64,000 nucleotides of DNA, from the NCBI GenBank assembly GCA_036172245.1, contig JAYWIR010000010.1:4712001-4776000 (forward strand), written 5' to 3'. This document shows positions 63,400-64,000 of the stretch, piece after piece. Under the pieces are notes generated by a model that saw nothing but the letters and a program-made list of their open reading frames with translations, had not been told where the DNA came from and made no database searches. The position numbers were made by a program, and so were the translations under genes. The stretch comes from Raillietiella orientalis (Eukaryota). Each line of letters starts with the position of its first letter. Position 1 is the first letter of the stretch.

Positions 63400-64000
63400 C
63401 ATGCCTCGGGGCAAGCATGCGCACCCGTTCGGTCAGTAGATGAACTTGCATTAATCAGAGAAGCCAATTATCGGAATGAAAAATTTTCGTTTACCGAACT
63501 GTGGAGACCTGATTTCGGAACTAGCTGACCATCCCACTCAGCTTGTATTTTGAACTAGGTGAAGGGTTGAAGACGGCAAGTGTCAAGAGCAAAAAAAGTA
63601 ACCACACGGATGTCAAAAACTCCATTGTTTTTAGGGTAAGCATCAGATATTTCAATTTTGTTCCGCAAAATTGAAAGATACCATGGTTCTGCACCGCAGC
63701 AGTTGTCCAGAAATTCGGGGCTTTCGGTTAACTGGTTGCTTGCAACCTCTTCAGATTGGCAAAGCTGTTGCTGCAAGGATTTGAGATGGGAACCATAATG
63801 GCCTGATCTGTGCTCTGGTAACGAATCATGCTGGAGGATGCCGGTCGTTTGCTCCAGTGACAGGCAAATGTTCTCACTAAAGAGAAACTGCCGATAAGAG
63901 GTAGCACCAAGAGAAAGCATTCCATTGCTCGAACCGCGTGGTTCCAGCAAAGAAATGCTTTCTGCTGTTCATTCACCGGAAGAAGCATGTCAAGTCTTGC
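63400..64000 (-). mobile_element. Possible DIRS-type reverse transcriptase remnant (runs off the window)
   Basis: LPVNEQQKAFLCW, MLSLGATSYRQF (LPFGL.SAP.+F-like), ILRNKIEISDAYPKNNGVFDI (+N..KS.L.P...+.FLG-like). Confidence 0.35.

Noticed and set aside
56488..64000. Upstream PDE1 exons (first calmodulin-binding region)
   Set aside because: No PDE1-like N-terminal sequence recognised; ORFs here look like TE remnants, so the 5' exons probably lie beyond the window.

Overview
Eukaryotic genomic DNA from an invertebrate animal, probably an arthropod; genes have spliceosomal introns and there is no prokaryotic content or CRISPR array. Manual GT/GC-AG splicing gives three intact genes: UQCRC2-like (minus, 8 exons, 454 aa, one GC-AG intron, 17 Cys, in a CpG-depleted AT-rich island), a divergent FLVCR/SLC49-type MFS transporter (plus, 8 exons, 452 aa), and the 3' nine coding exons of a PDE1-type phosphodiesterase (minus; 5' exons not found). 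There is also a disrupted astacin-EGF-CUB pseudogene, with a 36-nt U2 snRNA retro-fragment at its 3' end. Introns and intergenic DNA hold many decayed retroelements (Tx1/L1, RTE-like, R1-like, DIRS/Ngaro-like). The most notable structure is a three-copy repeat made of tandem GC-rich hairpins, often with cUUCGg loops, ending in a conserved GGTTC...CTTAGCGA(A/T) stem plus poly(A). Two copies have a tRNA-like Pol III head (one with a 12-bp TSD) and the third follows a decayed LINE ORF, suggesting a structured-RNA SINE and its partner LINE. All family assignments are by eye from remembered motifs; no searches were run.
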